Positions 1-14,875 of a DNA stretch of 64,000 bases are shown here, piece by piece. Below the pieces are notes generated by a model. That model made no database searches and was not told the origin of the DNA. It worked only from the letters and a program-made list of their open reading frames with translations. The stretch spans positions 115,258,001 to 115,322,000 of the forward strand of contig OZ024740.1 of the NCBI GenBank assembly GCA_964016885.1, in the 5' to 3' direction. Origin of the DNA: Eledone cirrhosa. Its lineage: Eukaryota. Both the position numbers and the translations under genes were made by a program. The first letter of the stretch is position 1. Each line of letters opens with the position of its first letter.

Positions 1-111
1 ATATATATATATATATATATATATATGCAAAAGTTTTATTTAAAATTGTTGGGTTACAACAAGTAAATATTTTATAACTGATATAAAGCACTCGACAAGT
101 TTTGGGAGTAG

Positions 112-477
112 ATATACGATATTAAACAAATGGAAACTATATTTATAAAACCATATTTATTTCATTATACATATTTCAGGGATACCATATTAAAAAAAAA
201 GCATGCCTTCGTCAGATAAAATACAATATATAAACAGTTATATAAATAATTTTGACGTACCATAAATATAAGCGACCATTAAGGTAGGAAGCTGGCTTGG
301 TAGCTTCCTACCTTAATGGTCGCTTATATTTATGGTACGTCAAAATTATTTATATAACTGTTTATATATTGTATTTTATCTGACGAAGGCATGCCATATT
401 TTTAATATGGTATCCCTGAAATATGTATAATGAAATAAATATGGTTTTATGAATATAGTTTCCATTTGTTTAATATC

Positions 478-483
<6 letters not shown>
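112..483. repeat. Fold-back element (~180-bp arms, 8-nt loop) with HHR-like core
   Basis: 112-293 is the near-perfect reverse complement of 302-483. The right arm reads CTGACGA (380-386), hairpin, GAAA (418-421). (TA)n follows on the right. Confidence 0.85.
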
Positions 484-533
<50 letters not shown>

Positions 534-544
534 GTACAATAGTG

Positions 545-694
545 ACATAAACAGATACTCAAGTTTCGTTGGGTTCTGGGCCCCAATTCGTTCAGCCTGT
601 CATGAGAAAAATAAAAAACACTGTTTTTTTTTCTCATCACACAGTGAACGTAATGGGGCCCAGAATCCAACGAAACTTGATTACCTGTTTATGT
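545..694. mobile_element. MITE-like imperfect palindrome (~150 bp)
   Basis: ACATAAACAGATACTCAAGTTTCGTTGGGTTCTGGGCCCCA pairs with TGGGGCCCAGAATCCAACGAAACTTGATTACCTGTTTATGT. Confidence 0.55.
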
Positions 695-872
695 AAATGT
701 TTTAATTATTTATACTAAACTCGTCCTGTAGACTGAGTCCTCTTACTCTTGGATATTTCCACTTAACTGTATAACCAAAATTAAATTAAGGATGTCATGT
801 TTGAGAAACATGCGCGATACCGCCTGAAGAATATATATATTTATTTATACCCTAATATATATATGTGTGTGT

Positions 873-931
<59 letters not shown>

Positions 932-1370
932 AATTAATTTGTGCGCTAAGCATCCGAAATATATGAGAAAGTTATATCTGTATGGATACAGAATTGAGGT
1001 AAATGCGTAAATGTGTATATAAATTTACGCATTTTTAGTATATAAACATGTAAACATGCCAAATGTAGCTATTTCCTTGTAAATTGAAAACAATGACAGA
1101 TATCTTGAATCCTAGTTGTGTTTCTCATCAGAAAGTATATATAACATATAAATAACCACGAGAATATCTAACCGGGGATTATATACTCTATAACTTATAG
1201 ACTAAATAATCTAATGTCTGTGATGATAGTTGATTAAGATATGTATTAAGTTGTGCGCTAAGTAGCCGACGCCTATAATAAAGTTAAAGAGAAATAGGTA
1301 CATTTGTTTTGTCTGCATGTCTAGAAACAAAAATATACAAATATCACTCTATCAATATATATACATACAA

Positions 1371-1420
<50 letters not shown>

Positions 1421-1458
1421 GGGTAAACATACACATGCACAGACTCGTTGACGCGCAC

Positions 1459-1491
<33 letters not shown>

Positions 1492-1492
1492 A

Positions 1493-1549
<57 letters not shown>

Positions 1550-2389
1550 GTTTTGTATGTGTCTGCATCTGTGTCTGTGTGTGTGTGCGTGCGCATAATA
1601 ATAATAATTAATTAAAACAAAACACGTGACGTACACAGTACAATGTATTTCATCAATGTAACGCTTCAATAAAATATATGAATGTTTTTTTTAACGTTTC
1701 GGTCTTCGTCAAAAAGAAAATATATTGTATAAGGAACAGCAGGAACATTCAAAAGAAGACGGAAGACGGTGGATAGAAAGGAATAGACGAAATAATAATA
1801 TTACGAGATTCAAATATGATCGGAAAATGGAAACAGATATAGAGAAATATGGAATCGGGTTAATGAAGGTGAACTAACAAGAGAGGTAAAGGGAACTAGA
1901 GACACAAGGCAGGAAAAACATAGAGTTAGTATGAGAGAGACTAAAGGAGAGACGATAACAGAGAAAATGAGAAACACAGAACTAGAAAAGTGTGTGAAAA
2001 AGAGAGAATAATAGAGAGAGAATTGGTGAGAGAGACTAGTTGGGAGGGAGCCTATGAGAAAAACATAAGATATGGGAAGAGTGAGAGCTTGAGAAAATAA
2101 AGATTAGCTGAGGTGTAGTTCTTGTGAGCAAAGACTAAGAGGGAGTGAGTTTGAGCTAGAGAGATAGAGTAGGAAATACTAATGCGAGAGAGAGTAAGAA
2201 CTACCAGAAGAAGACGGAAACACAAAGATAGAGAAAGAAAGATTGAGAGAATGGGTGGAGAGAGAAAGAGAGACTCTCGGTGAGAGTGACACAGAAAGAT
2301 GTAAGGACTAATAGTAAGAGAGGGGTTAATAATGAAAGAGAGATTAACACAGAGAGAGAAAGTAAAAGCGAAAGAGTAAGAAACAGAGA

Positions 2390-2643
<254 letters not shown>

Positions 2644-3006
2644 TTGTCCGAAGGAAGAAAAAAGGAAAATCATAATCTAAAAAAGGAAGATATATACACA
2701 AAAAGGAAAACTGGAATTGATAAAGAATGCTGACAATGAAGGGGAAAGAAGAAATGATAACGATTGATAAAAAAAAAATAGTTACAATAGTCAACAACAA
2801 CAACAACCATAGTAAAGATGGCTAACATATAACAATTATAATTTCTAGCGATAAAGGAAGACAGTAATGGAGGCGCCTATAGAATTTCACGATTGATTCA
2901 AGAGGGAATCAGGCGAATAATGGAATTGATTCAAGATCGGTTATTGAATAACAGAATGGTTATTGAATAATAAACCCAACTCAATAGTATTTATTATTTA
3001 TGTTTG

Positions 3007-3120
3007 TACCCAGTGCATTACTGGTACTTTATTTTATCGACCCCTTACGGGGTCGATAAAATAAAGTACCAGTAATGCACTGGGTAATTGCTGGCCTTGT
3101 GCCTAAAGTAGAAACAATTA
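3007..3120 (+). mobile_element. SINE 3' fragment with inverted duplication (perfect 38-bp hairpin)
   Basis: 3007-3044 is the reverse complement of 3049-3086; the sequence continues into the SINE tail ...GGCCTTGTGCCTAAAGTAGAAACAATTA shared with other copies. Confidence 0.8.
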
Positions 3121-3501
3121 TTTATGTTTGTTCCCATTTCAATTTGTTTTCTTTTACTTTTTGATGTGGAGGGGGATATTTTTAAGGTGTGTATATTCGT
3201 ATAGTTATTGTTTGACCAACCTCTACCTACGTGTATATATATATGTGTGTGTATTTGTATGTGTATATATATATGTGTGTGTGAGTGTGTATATATATAT
3301 GTGTTTGTGTGTGTGTGTATGTGTGTTTACGTGTGTGCATGTGTGTATGCGTGTGTGTGTGCGTGTATGTAAGTGTGCGTGATACAACATGCCCTTGGTC
3401 GTTATGACTAAAACAAACTAAACATAAACATATACTGACACAGACATACATACACACACAGGCACATGTGTGTGTGTGTGTGTGCATACATATACACACA
3501 T

Positions 3502-3544
<43 letters not shown>

Positions 3545-4675
3545 ACCAATGAATATACCCATGCATTTACATATGTTTTTTTTGCTTTGCTTTATTCGGT
3601 AGTTCACAAATATTTCTTTTATATTTCTGAATTAATACATTTTATTAACAATCTAACAGACAAAATTAGTTAAATTTTTTCTTTTTTGTTGCCATACTAG
3701 TTTATTTTCTATTGTAAGTGTTATTTCTGTAGGTATCGGTATACTTGTTGTATGTATATTGTTTTTATGGGGTGAGATGTGTGTAGCCATGTGGTTAGGG
3801 TGTTGTATTGACTATCATATTGTCGTCAGTTCAATTATTAGAACGGGTGGCGCGTTCTGTTCTTCAACAAAACGCTTCATTTTGCGTTGATTTTGTTATA
3901 GGAGTTTTAGTTTATTCGGGCGCTATGTGTTGGTGGGCCTTACCTCTATTTGTAAGATTTTGATTGGTATCCGGGAGTTTCTATCTCAGTAATGTGTGTG
4001 TATGCTTGTGTATATGTCCATGTATGGTTAGGTGTCTGAAAGAGATCACACGTGCGATTGTGTGTGCGTAATATATGTGAAGCGTATTCCATGTGTGCGG
4101 ACTTATGTGGGTCGATAGACTTATTTATCAGTCGGTATTTTCTATATGTAAATATGTGTTCGCGAGAAAGAGTGTGTTAGTGCACACATGCGTGTCTGTG
4201 GTGTCATTGAAAAATATCGAAGTTATTTGACACAACAAGGTGGCAAGTGTATGATATTTTGAGTGAAATATAACATTTCTTGAGGTAATTATCCAAAAAC
4301 ATTAACGCTGGGCTAGCAATTTGGGCGTTAATGCTGGAAAGTAAAGTCTAAAGGGCAAACAAAGAACAGTGAAGTTATACACTTGTCTTGTGGCAGCGAC
4401 GAGAAACAGATGTGACAATAGATGTGACAATAGTGATTGACAGAAAGGGGCAGAAAGAGGCAGATATGTCTTGTTCGACGGGAGTGAAAACGTTCAGAGA
4501 ACTATAGAGAAATAGAGTGACAGAGAATAGGACGATAAATAATGAGGAAAGATGGAGATATTATAAATATGGAAAGAATTGTAGAAACGGATGAAAAATA
4601 TACATAGTGAACAACAGAATAATATATAATCAAGAAGTTCATCCTAGAAAATTGTTTTCTGGAAAATAGAAGGAA

Positions 4676-4850
4676 ATAATTGTTTCTACTTTTGGCACAA
4701 AGCTAGCAATTACCACAGTTCATTACTGGTGCTTTATGTTATCGACCCCGTAAGTTAACCTTGGCGGGATTAGAACTCAGAACTCAGAAGGTAAATTCTC
4801 TGCCACTAAGCATATTGTCTAATACTCTACCGATTCTGCCAATCCACAAT
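4676..4850 (-). mobile_element. tRNA-derived SINE (Nin-type core), diverged
   Basis: Matches the family at 12501 and 14241 (ATAATTGTTTCTACTTTTGGCACAA...ATCGACCCCGTAAG...GAACTCAGA). Confidence 0.8.
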
Positions 4851-5910
4851 AATGAATCATGATTGCCCTATGCATTCTCAGTGTTAAACACGCATAGATA
4901 GGTGTGTGTGAGAGAGAATATATATAGATATATATATATATGAGAGAGAATATATATATATATATATATGAAATAAACGTTAACACAGATGTTACATGAC
5001 CATGTGTGTGTGTGCGTGTGTATGTGTGTGTGTAAGATGTATCTATGGTTGTCTCATTGGTTCTTTCTCTCCTGGAAAACTAAGAATATCAGAAATATCC
5101 CACTAAAAATTTAGTGGCTTAGCTCTAACATACGTTCCATAAATTCAATTTTTCTGAAAATCTGGACATTTTAATATTATGGTCTATAGAGAAGTAGAGA
5201 CATTTGTACAGGTATGGCTGTTGTATATATGTATATATGTATATCATATGTGTGTGTGTAAATGTGTGTCAATTACTTTGTTTACGTTTGTTTCTCTGTC
5301 TGTCTATGCCCCATAATTTATTGGGTTGACAAAAAGATATCTAATACTAGATTTGAAAACAACATGACCTGGAATCAATATAATCTATTTATGGTGGTAT
5401 CCTACCATAGCCTCTGTCAAATGATTGAAACCAGCAAGAAAATAAAAGGATGTGTATTTCCCTAAGTGAAGATGTGGGTAACTGAATATGTAGTGTAGCC
5501 ATCACAGAGACTAAAAATACATTTGTTTAAAGAGAATTTCGGAAAAAATCATATTCATACGAGGCAACATAATTTATCAAAAAGACTATACAAAGACAAT
5601 ACAAAGGAAAAAAATACTAACAACATATCCGTCACAAAGTGCTAGGTTTGAAAAATATCTCTCATATATATATATATGTGTGTATGTGAAAGAGATAGAC
5701 AGAGAGGGGAGGAACAGAAAAAAGCGTAAATGTATGTAGTAAAAAATATGTAGTAAAGCATGCATACATAAGGTTATATATACACACAAACAGGCATATA
5801 TGTATGCATTTACAGGTATATATGCATTTACACGTGTATATACATTCACATATATAAATAAAACCATAAGTGGACATACATCCACTCACACACAAACATA
5901 TATATATCTG

Positions 5911-5963
<53 letters not shown>

Positions 5964-5967
5964 ATAA

Positions 5968-6015
<48 letters not shown>

Positions 6016-6312
6016 TACATGTACAAATATCCTATAATATTAAATCCATATGCTAATCGTGTATCATTACGATCGTTGAGTTCGGCACATAATGACTTAA
6101 TATAATATCGTTATGTAATTGTGTAGGCTCCATTGGTAAGTCATTATATGATTTTGATAATTTATGGCTATGTATGGCAGATAAGCGGCAAATCCCAGAG
6201 GAAAGTTAAATTTGCAAATTAACACAGTGAGGTTGTGAAGCATATGTGGTGAGATTCTATTCAATCAACTAAATAGCACGAATTAGATTGCTCTGCGCAT
6301 GTAAATGGTAAA

Positions 6313-7133
<821 letters not shown>

Positions 7134-7182
7134 ATGCAATTTGGGCTACTCAGCCGTTAATATGCATAAGGTAAGTATATAC

Positions 7183-7269
7183 GTTCAACAATCTGGCAGG
7201 AAGGTATACGTTGCTGACGATAGCTAACAAGCTTGAAACTAGTACAGCGTTCCTTTGTCAGTGTTGAAC
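7183..7269 (+). ncRNA. Minimal Type I hammerhead ribozyme (solo copy)
   Basis: Stem I ACGTTG/CAGCGT; CTGACGA 7214-7220; stem II AGCT-AACA-AGCT; GAAA 7235-7238; palindromic stem III ACTAGT; GTA 7242-7244; outer stem GTTCAACA..CTGGCAG / TTGTCAG.TGTTGAAC. Confidence 0.85.
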
Positions 7270-7597
7270 AAACGACCAACGGTGGTTGCTAGACACTACG
7301 GCTTAATACGGGATGTTTGTTTACAAACACACCGAGCATTATAATAAATGTTCGGTGAATCCATACGTGCATATATATATGTGTGCATGTATGTATACAT
7401 ATATATACATACTACTGTACGTCGGTATACATATATGTATGTACGTGTACATACTTATATTTAAGTAACAGCCGTACTAAGAGTGGGAAATGAAATATCG
7501 TTTCATTTTTTCCGTTTATATATATATATATATACTTATACATATATATATATATAGAAATAGATACATACATATATATATATATACATATGTATCT

Positions 7598-7668
<71 letters not shown>

Positions 7669-7676
7669 CATAAATA

Positions 7677-7727
<51 letters not shown>

Positions 7728-7759
7728 GTATATATATATATACATATATATATATATAC

Positions 7760-7808
<49 letters not shown>

Positions 7809-7839
7809 CATAAATATATATATATATATATATATATAC

Positions 7840-7916
<77 letters not shown>

Positions 7917-8022
7917 ATTACATATATATATACATACATATACACAAATATATATACACATATATATTTACATATAGACATGTATAAACATACTTATGCA
8001 CACTTATTGATATAGATATACA

Positions 8023-8118
<96 letters not shown>

Positions 8119-8155
8119 CATATATTTATGCACATACGCTCCGTGGTCTACGTAA

Positions 8156-8221
<66 letters not shown>

Positions 8222-8340
8222 ATACTTTGGGAGGGTCATGTTTCCAATAAGAAATACATGCACCAGTTGCTTTCACTTCAATTTATTATAAATTTGCGGT
8301 TGGTTGGCTGGTTCCACAACCGGATGGTTGTTCATAAATT

Positions 8341-8383
8341 GTCAAAGTTCTTTCGTCACACATTATGTGACCTCTTCAGTGAC
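8341..8383 (-). ncRNA. HHR motif in the PLE pLTR
   Basis: Minus strand reads GTCA-CTGAAGA-G-GTCACA TAATG TGTGAC-GAAA-GAAC-TT-TGAC: stem I GTCA/TGAC, 6-bp stem II, minimal stem III. Confidence 0.65.
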
Positions 8384-8646
8384 TGAGGATTATTTTCTTT
8401 GTTTTGTGCCTTTCCTTTTTTCTGTCCTACGCCATCTTGTTTGTGAGTGTGTTGTGTGCTTAGTTTGCGAATGTGTTACATCCGGGTGTCTGTGTGTGTT
8501 TTTATTTGTTTATTTATTTGTTTATTTACTTATCACTAGTTAGTTATTTGTTCTACGTGTGTTTTCATTTTGTCCTTAATTGTAAGTTGTGATGTTGCTA
8601 TTCTATTCATATTTTCTATCTAATTTTGGTTGGAGTTCCTTTATGT

Positions 8647-9462
8647 TTATTGCCTCTGTGATTCAATAAATATTGCATCTTTTCTGTGTGTAGATTTTAT
8701 TTTTATTTGTATGTTCTCTAATTTGCCCCTATGTTCTATTTTAGCATGTTGGTGGAATACTGATGAGTCTTTTCTATCTTGGAGTTCTCGCCAGTATTCA
8801 TTTAATCGTTCTACTATGCTACGAGCTGTCTCACCCATGTACATTATATTCTTTTCTTTACATTGTCCCTCAGTACATCTTATGGTATATACTATGTTTC
8901 TAGTTTTACAGTTAATATGGGGGCTTAGTTTACAGATTATGCATTTCTTATCTATACAGGGAGGTCTTTGAAAAGGGTATGTATTACTAAGTGTTTTTAT
9001 GGAGGTACCTGGTTTTTCCACTATCTTAATATTTAGTTTAAGTTTATCTAGGGCCCTTCTAAATTTGTAAGCTAGTTCACCTCTGGGGGTTGTATTGATG
9101 AACATTACACTCTGGTATTTATTGCTATCATACCATGAGTTTATTCTATTAGCCTTATTCCTAGTTCTTTCTATTTTATTCCAAAATTTGCTCCTATACA
9201 AGGGGCAGGTCCCATTTGTATCATTATTTACCATTTTTTTCCATTTAGTTCTGGCTCCTCTATATACTCTGATTTTATCTCTCTGATTGTAACCAGAGAA
9301 CTGCATACGGTGGATGAAGTGCTGTATGTGTCTCTCTAGTTCTTCGGGGTTGCACATGCGGGACACGTTCCTCATCACACTTACTAAATCCGCAATCAGT
9401 ATATTGATTTTGGTGTGATCCGAAACAGCTGAGTTTCGGTGGATCAGGTATTTGGAAGTCAT
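8647..9462 (-). pseudogene. PLE polyprotein fragment (thumb/linker + GIY-YIG)
   Basis: IVY...YMGET motif pair, ERLNE, and two His residues; RT core absent; in-frame stop upstream. Confidence 0.8.
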
Positions 9463-9655
9463 GGGTTTAGCATAATGGGAATGGAGTATTTATTTTTTGT
9501 TATTGATAGTATCTAACCAGAGCTCTGTGTCTAGTACATGTAATCGATGGTTGGGGTGTTTGCTTGGGTAGTCTATAATAACTTTGATACTCTGGTGGAT
9601 TGAGTTAGCTATTTGCTGGATACTTTCCATGGTGTTTTCTCTAATTCCTGTTTGT

Positions 9656-10483
<828 letters not shown>

Positions 10484-10689
10484 TTGTGTACGTAATGATG
10501 ACGTCTATAATTATATTGTGAAAGAACAGAACAGAAATGAACAGAAGCCATTTAAGCAAGTCAGATTTCAACTACTTGTGTTTCAAACAACAACAATAAC
10601 AACAACAATAACGACAGTAACAACAATGACAACAACAACCAGAAGAGGATAAGAGGACGATGAGAGGGGAGGGGGAGGGGGAGGAGAAG

Positions 10690-10797
10690 GAGGAGAAGAA
10701 GAAGAAGAAGAAGAAGAAGAAGAAGAAGAAGAAGAAGAAGAAGAAGAAGAAGAAGAAGAAGAAGAAGAAGAAGAAGAAGAAGAAGAAGAAGAAGAAA
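10690..10797. repeat. (GAA)n microsatellite
   Basis: Direct reading. Confidence 0.95.
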
Positions 10798-11091
10798 CTG
10801 CTGGAAAGATAATTTTTCAAAAATGTAAACAACTACTAGATATTCAGTCTTAAAAATTGTAAAAATAATCAACAGGTAAAAAAGATACTGCAAGATTGCT
10901 AATGAATGAAAAGTGACGACAATATGGCGTGATGTTGGAATTAGGTTGGAATGGAATGATGAAAAAGGTAGATTAAAGAATGACGGTTAGGTGTGTATGA
11001 GACATTGTGTCTACCTTCATACTTGAAGATTTGGTCGATATATTTCACATTGATATTTTAACAATAATATACTGTGATGTAGTAGATATAG

Positions 11092-11440
11092 AATAATTGT
11101 TTCTAACATAGGCACAAGACCAGTAATCTTTGGGGAGGGACACGTCGATTAATCCGACCCCAGTGTGACTGGTACTTTATTTTATCGGCCTCGTAAGGAT
11201 GAAAAGGAAAGTTAACCTCGGCGGGATTTGAACTCAGATCATAAAGGGCCGTAACTCAATGCTGCAAAGCATGGCGTCCGACCCTCTACTGATACTGTCA
11301 ATCCACCGGCCTGTAGTAGATGTATAATAATTGTTTCTAACATAGGTACAAGGCCAGCAATCTTTGGGGATGGGAATATTGACTAAATATATGCCTGTGC
11401 TCTACTGATAATTTTTTCTTGACCCACGTAAGGATGACTA
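11092..11440 (-). mobile_element. Two tandem SINE copies (one near full length, one partial)
   Basis: AATAATTGTTTCTAACATAGG tails at ~11092 and ~11327; GGATGAAA..AAAGTTAACCTCGGCGGGATTTGAACTC (core and B box). Confidence 0.8.
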
Positions 11441-11449
11441 GAGTTCAAC

Positions 11450-12110
11450 AAGGCGACATCAAGTTTATTATTCAAGTTTATTAATGGCAGCTCAAGATCA
11501 AGCACTGGACACAAACGCAATAAAGACTATGTATAACCCAGATGAAACGAATAAGTGTAGATTATGCGGGAAGAAGGCGGAAAGTGTGATAAACATCATG
11601 AGTGCCTTTGGCATCCTTCCACAGAAAGAATATAAATGGCGTCACGATATAATGTGTGTACACCTCCATTTGCAAGAAATATGGGTTTGTAACCACTGAG
11701 AAATGGTATCTGCAAAAACCAGGGAAGGTCCTGGAAAATCAAACCGTGAAACTCTTCTGAGACTTTACAATCCAGAAAGATAGTTCTTGAAATTACAAGG
11801 CCGGGCATAACATTAGTAGAGAGAGGTACTGAAAGGAGATGTCTGTTGATCAATGTAGCTTACCCAAACGACCATTACATCACTGGTAAAGAAAATAAGA
11901 AAATCGTACAGTATACAGTGTTCAGAACGCGAAAATGTGGAATATGAAAGCAAGAGCGGTATCAATTGTGACTGGAGCACTTGGGTTGGTGACAGAAAAC
12001 CGCCAGAAAAATTTTGATAGAATTGAAATCAACCCCAATCCCACCTTTATGACATTACAAAAAAAACACTTTGGGGGATAGCAAATATCTTGCGGAAAGG
12101 ACTGTCTGAT
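11450..12110 (+). pseudogene. 3' fragment of an RLE-type non-LTR retrotransposon (R4/Dong-like)
   Basis: AAQDQAL...CRLCGKKAES...EYKWRHD, then W-x4-P-x2-VLEN, DFTIQ, RPGI, and IVTGALG across frameshifts: decayed zinc knuckle plus restriction-like endonuclease. Confidence 0.75.
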
Positions 12111-12179
12111 GTTACATAACTTGATAGGGAGTTAATTAAATGATTCAGTCTTAATAAGATCATCGCTGTGCAAATAAAT

Positions 12180-12765
12180 AATAATTGTTTCTTCTTTTGG
12201 CACAAGGCCAGCATTAGCCAGTACATTACTGGTACTTTATTTTATCGACGCCGTAAGGATGAAAGGCAAAGTAAACGTCCACGGGATTTGAACTCAGACC
12301 GTAAAGGGACGTAATTATGCTAGAAAGCATGGCCTCCAACCCTTGTGACCATGTGACACTGGATGATTTGTTTATCACGTTTCAGACTGCTTTGAATATT
12401 TACAACTGTGTATACATATTTGAAGATTTCTGTAGTGTAATAATATGTGGCCATCTGCCTACACTCTTCAAGATTCTTTCTACATTTCGGTTATATAGCA
12501 ATAATTGTTTCTACTTTTGGCACAAGGTCAGCAATTACCCCAGTACATTACTGATACTTTATTTTATCGAGCCAGTATGGATGAAAGGCAAAGTTAACCT
12601 CGGAGGGATTTAAATTCAGACCGTAAATCGGCGTAACTCCATGCTGCCAAGCATTGGGTCTGACATTCTACCGATACTGCCAATCCACCTCTAAATTATA
12701 TACCAATAATTGTTTCTACTTTTGGCACAAGGCCAGCAAATACCCAGTGCATTACTGGTTCTTTA
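12180..12765 (-). mobile_element. SINE cluster (about 12180-12345, 12501-12690, 12706-12765)
   Basis: Three copies of the same tail/core sequence. Confidence 0.8.
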
Positions 12766-13016
12766 TAGCAATAATATCGTACAATTATGGGCAATTGTGT
12801 CTACGCAGTTGAAGAATGTGCTGATATATTTCAAATTGATATATAGTGATTAGGGTGTTAAACTTACGGTAATAAGGGTGTAGTTTCAATTCCAGGAAGA
12901 GGCGGAGCATTTTGTGTTTGAGCTAAGAATTGTATCTCACGTTGATTTTCATGATATGACTATAGTTCTTCTAATTGCTTAACACACCCAATAAACTACC
13001 TACGAAATGCATCCAT

Positions 13017-13119
13017 GTAGCAGCAGCAACAGCAGTAGTAACACCAGCAGTAATAGTAGTAGTAGCAGCAGCAGCAGCAGCAGCAGTAGTAGCAACAGCA
13101 GTAGCAGCAGTAGTAGCAA

Positions 13120-13178
<59 letters not shown>

Positions 13179-13180
13179 AT
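13017..13180. repeat. (AGC)n/(AGT)n microsatellite
   Basis: Direct reading. Confidence 0.9.
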
Positions 13181-14045
13181 TGACGATGATGATGATATTT
13201 ATATGTTTTGATCAAAATTAATATTAATGTCTTACATATAAGAGAAATTGTCGAACATGTTAAATGATAAATTAACTGACGAGAGAAATGAATGACAATT
13301 ATGTGGAAAGCGTAATGCAGAAGTGTATTTATATATGTAATAAGTTATAAGTAACTGTCAGCTGGGTGAGGAGGTATGTAATAAGTAATTTAGTAATACT
13401 AGAATATTTTTCAACACTCTGACTCGTGTTGAAAGTTGGAATGAATCCTAACAGTATTTATTTAGGATTGTAGAAGATATCGTTAACATTTATTGTCGAG
13501 ATTTACAAACTCTTTTCATACTCACAGACATACATTCACACAAATACGCATATATTCACACAAATACGCATACATTCACACAAATACACACATGCATTTA
13601 CAAAAACACACATATACACATTACACTCACATCCAGCGTAGTAAATGGAACGCCAGCTCCCGTTTTCTCTATAGTGTTTTCACCATACTCTTCCTTTTAT
13701 ACACACACACATATATTCACACAAACACACACACACAAACACACATTGTTTGACGGATGGACCTCGAATGTATATATAGATTGCAATGTATGTAATATAA
13801 ATAAGTTGGCAAAATGTTTTGCCGTCGTCACAAATGTCAGGCTGTGTCTTCTTTTGCATTGTATATGGTAGAGGCGTATATATGGTATCTGTCGTAGTAA
13901 TTGTGACTGGCTGATAACCACTGCAACTTATTGAAAACCTAGTCACTGACCAGTTTTCTATGGGCGGCATAGTTATAATCTTTTAACAACAGCCAAAATG
14001 TATCACGTCGCTGCAGGACAACAGAGATAGAATATCTGGTATAAA

Positions 14046-14096
<51 letters not shown>

Positions 14097-14099
<3 letters not shown>

Positions 14100-14155
14100 T
14101 TAATATAGATGAGATTCTACAGGACTAGAACTGTTTCATTCTTTAGAAATCATCA
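14097..14155 (-). repeat. Fragment of the small HHR-bearing family also at 38345 and 60920
   Basis: Identical to ~38339-38397; (TA)n on both sides. Confidence 0.8.
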
Positions 14156-14206
14156 TATATATATATATTATATATATATATATATATTATATATATATAT
14201 ATATTA

Positions 14207-14240
<34 letters not shown>

Positions 14241-14244
<4 letters not shown>

Positions 14245-14424
14245 GGCAGTATCGGTAGAGGGTCGGACGCCATGCTTTGACGCATAGAGTTACGGACCTT
14301 GCCATTCTGAGTTCAAATCCCGTCAAAGTTAACTTTGCCTTTCATCCTTACGGGGTCGATAAAATAAAGTACCAGTAATGCACTGTGTATTTGCTGGCCT
14401 TGTGCCAAAAAAAGAAGAAACAAT

Positions 14425-14427
<3 letters not shown>
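14241..14427 (+). mobile_element. tRNA-derived SINE, near full length
   Basis: A-box-like TGGCAGTATCGG, B box GAGTTCAAATC, core CTTTGCCTTTCATCCTTACGGGGTCGATAAA. Confidence 0.85.
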
Positions 14428-14488
<61 letters not shown>

Positions 14489-14491
14489 CAT

Positions 14492-14522
<31 letters not shown>

Positions 14523-14578
14523 GGGAGAGAAAGGTATAACCCGACAGCCGTGCCAAGCGGTTTCCCGTTCTCTCTCTC

Positions 14579-14610
<32 letters not shown>

Positions 14611-14875
14611 CACACACATATATATATATAGATAGATAGAGAGAGATATAGATAGATAGATTTCTTTATTTACCATAAAGGCATAAAAAGAAGGGACAAA
14701 TACAAAGGGGGAGTTTACATATAATCGAGTAAAAAGGGTGTAACATGAAAATAATCGAAAATAACCTCAAAAGGGAGGGGACGTGATGGGGGTTGCACAC
14801 ACCCCCGAAAAAGTGTGCAATCCTTTGCCCGGGGAGCACATAGAGAAGGTGCTCCCCTCTCCTTTACTTCTTTAC

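Noticed and set aside
1115-1132. Minus-strand CTGATGA-GAAA
   Set aside because: No stem II and no convincing stem I; compatible with chance.
14241-14325. tRNA gene
   Set aside because: The A/B boxes belong to a SINE head; no cloverleaf, and it continues into the SINE core.
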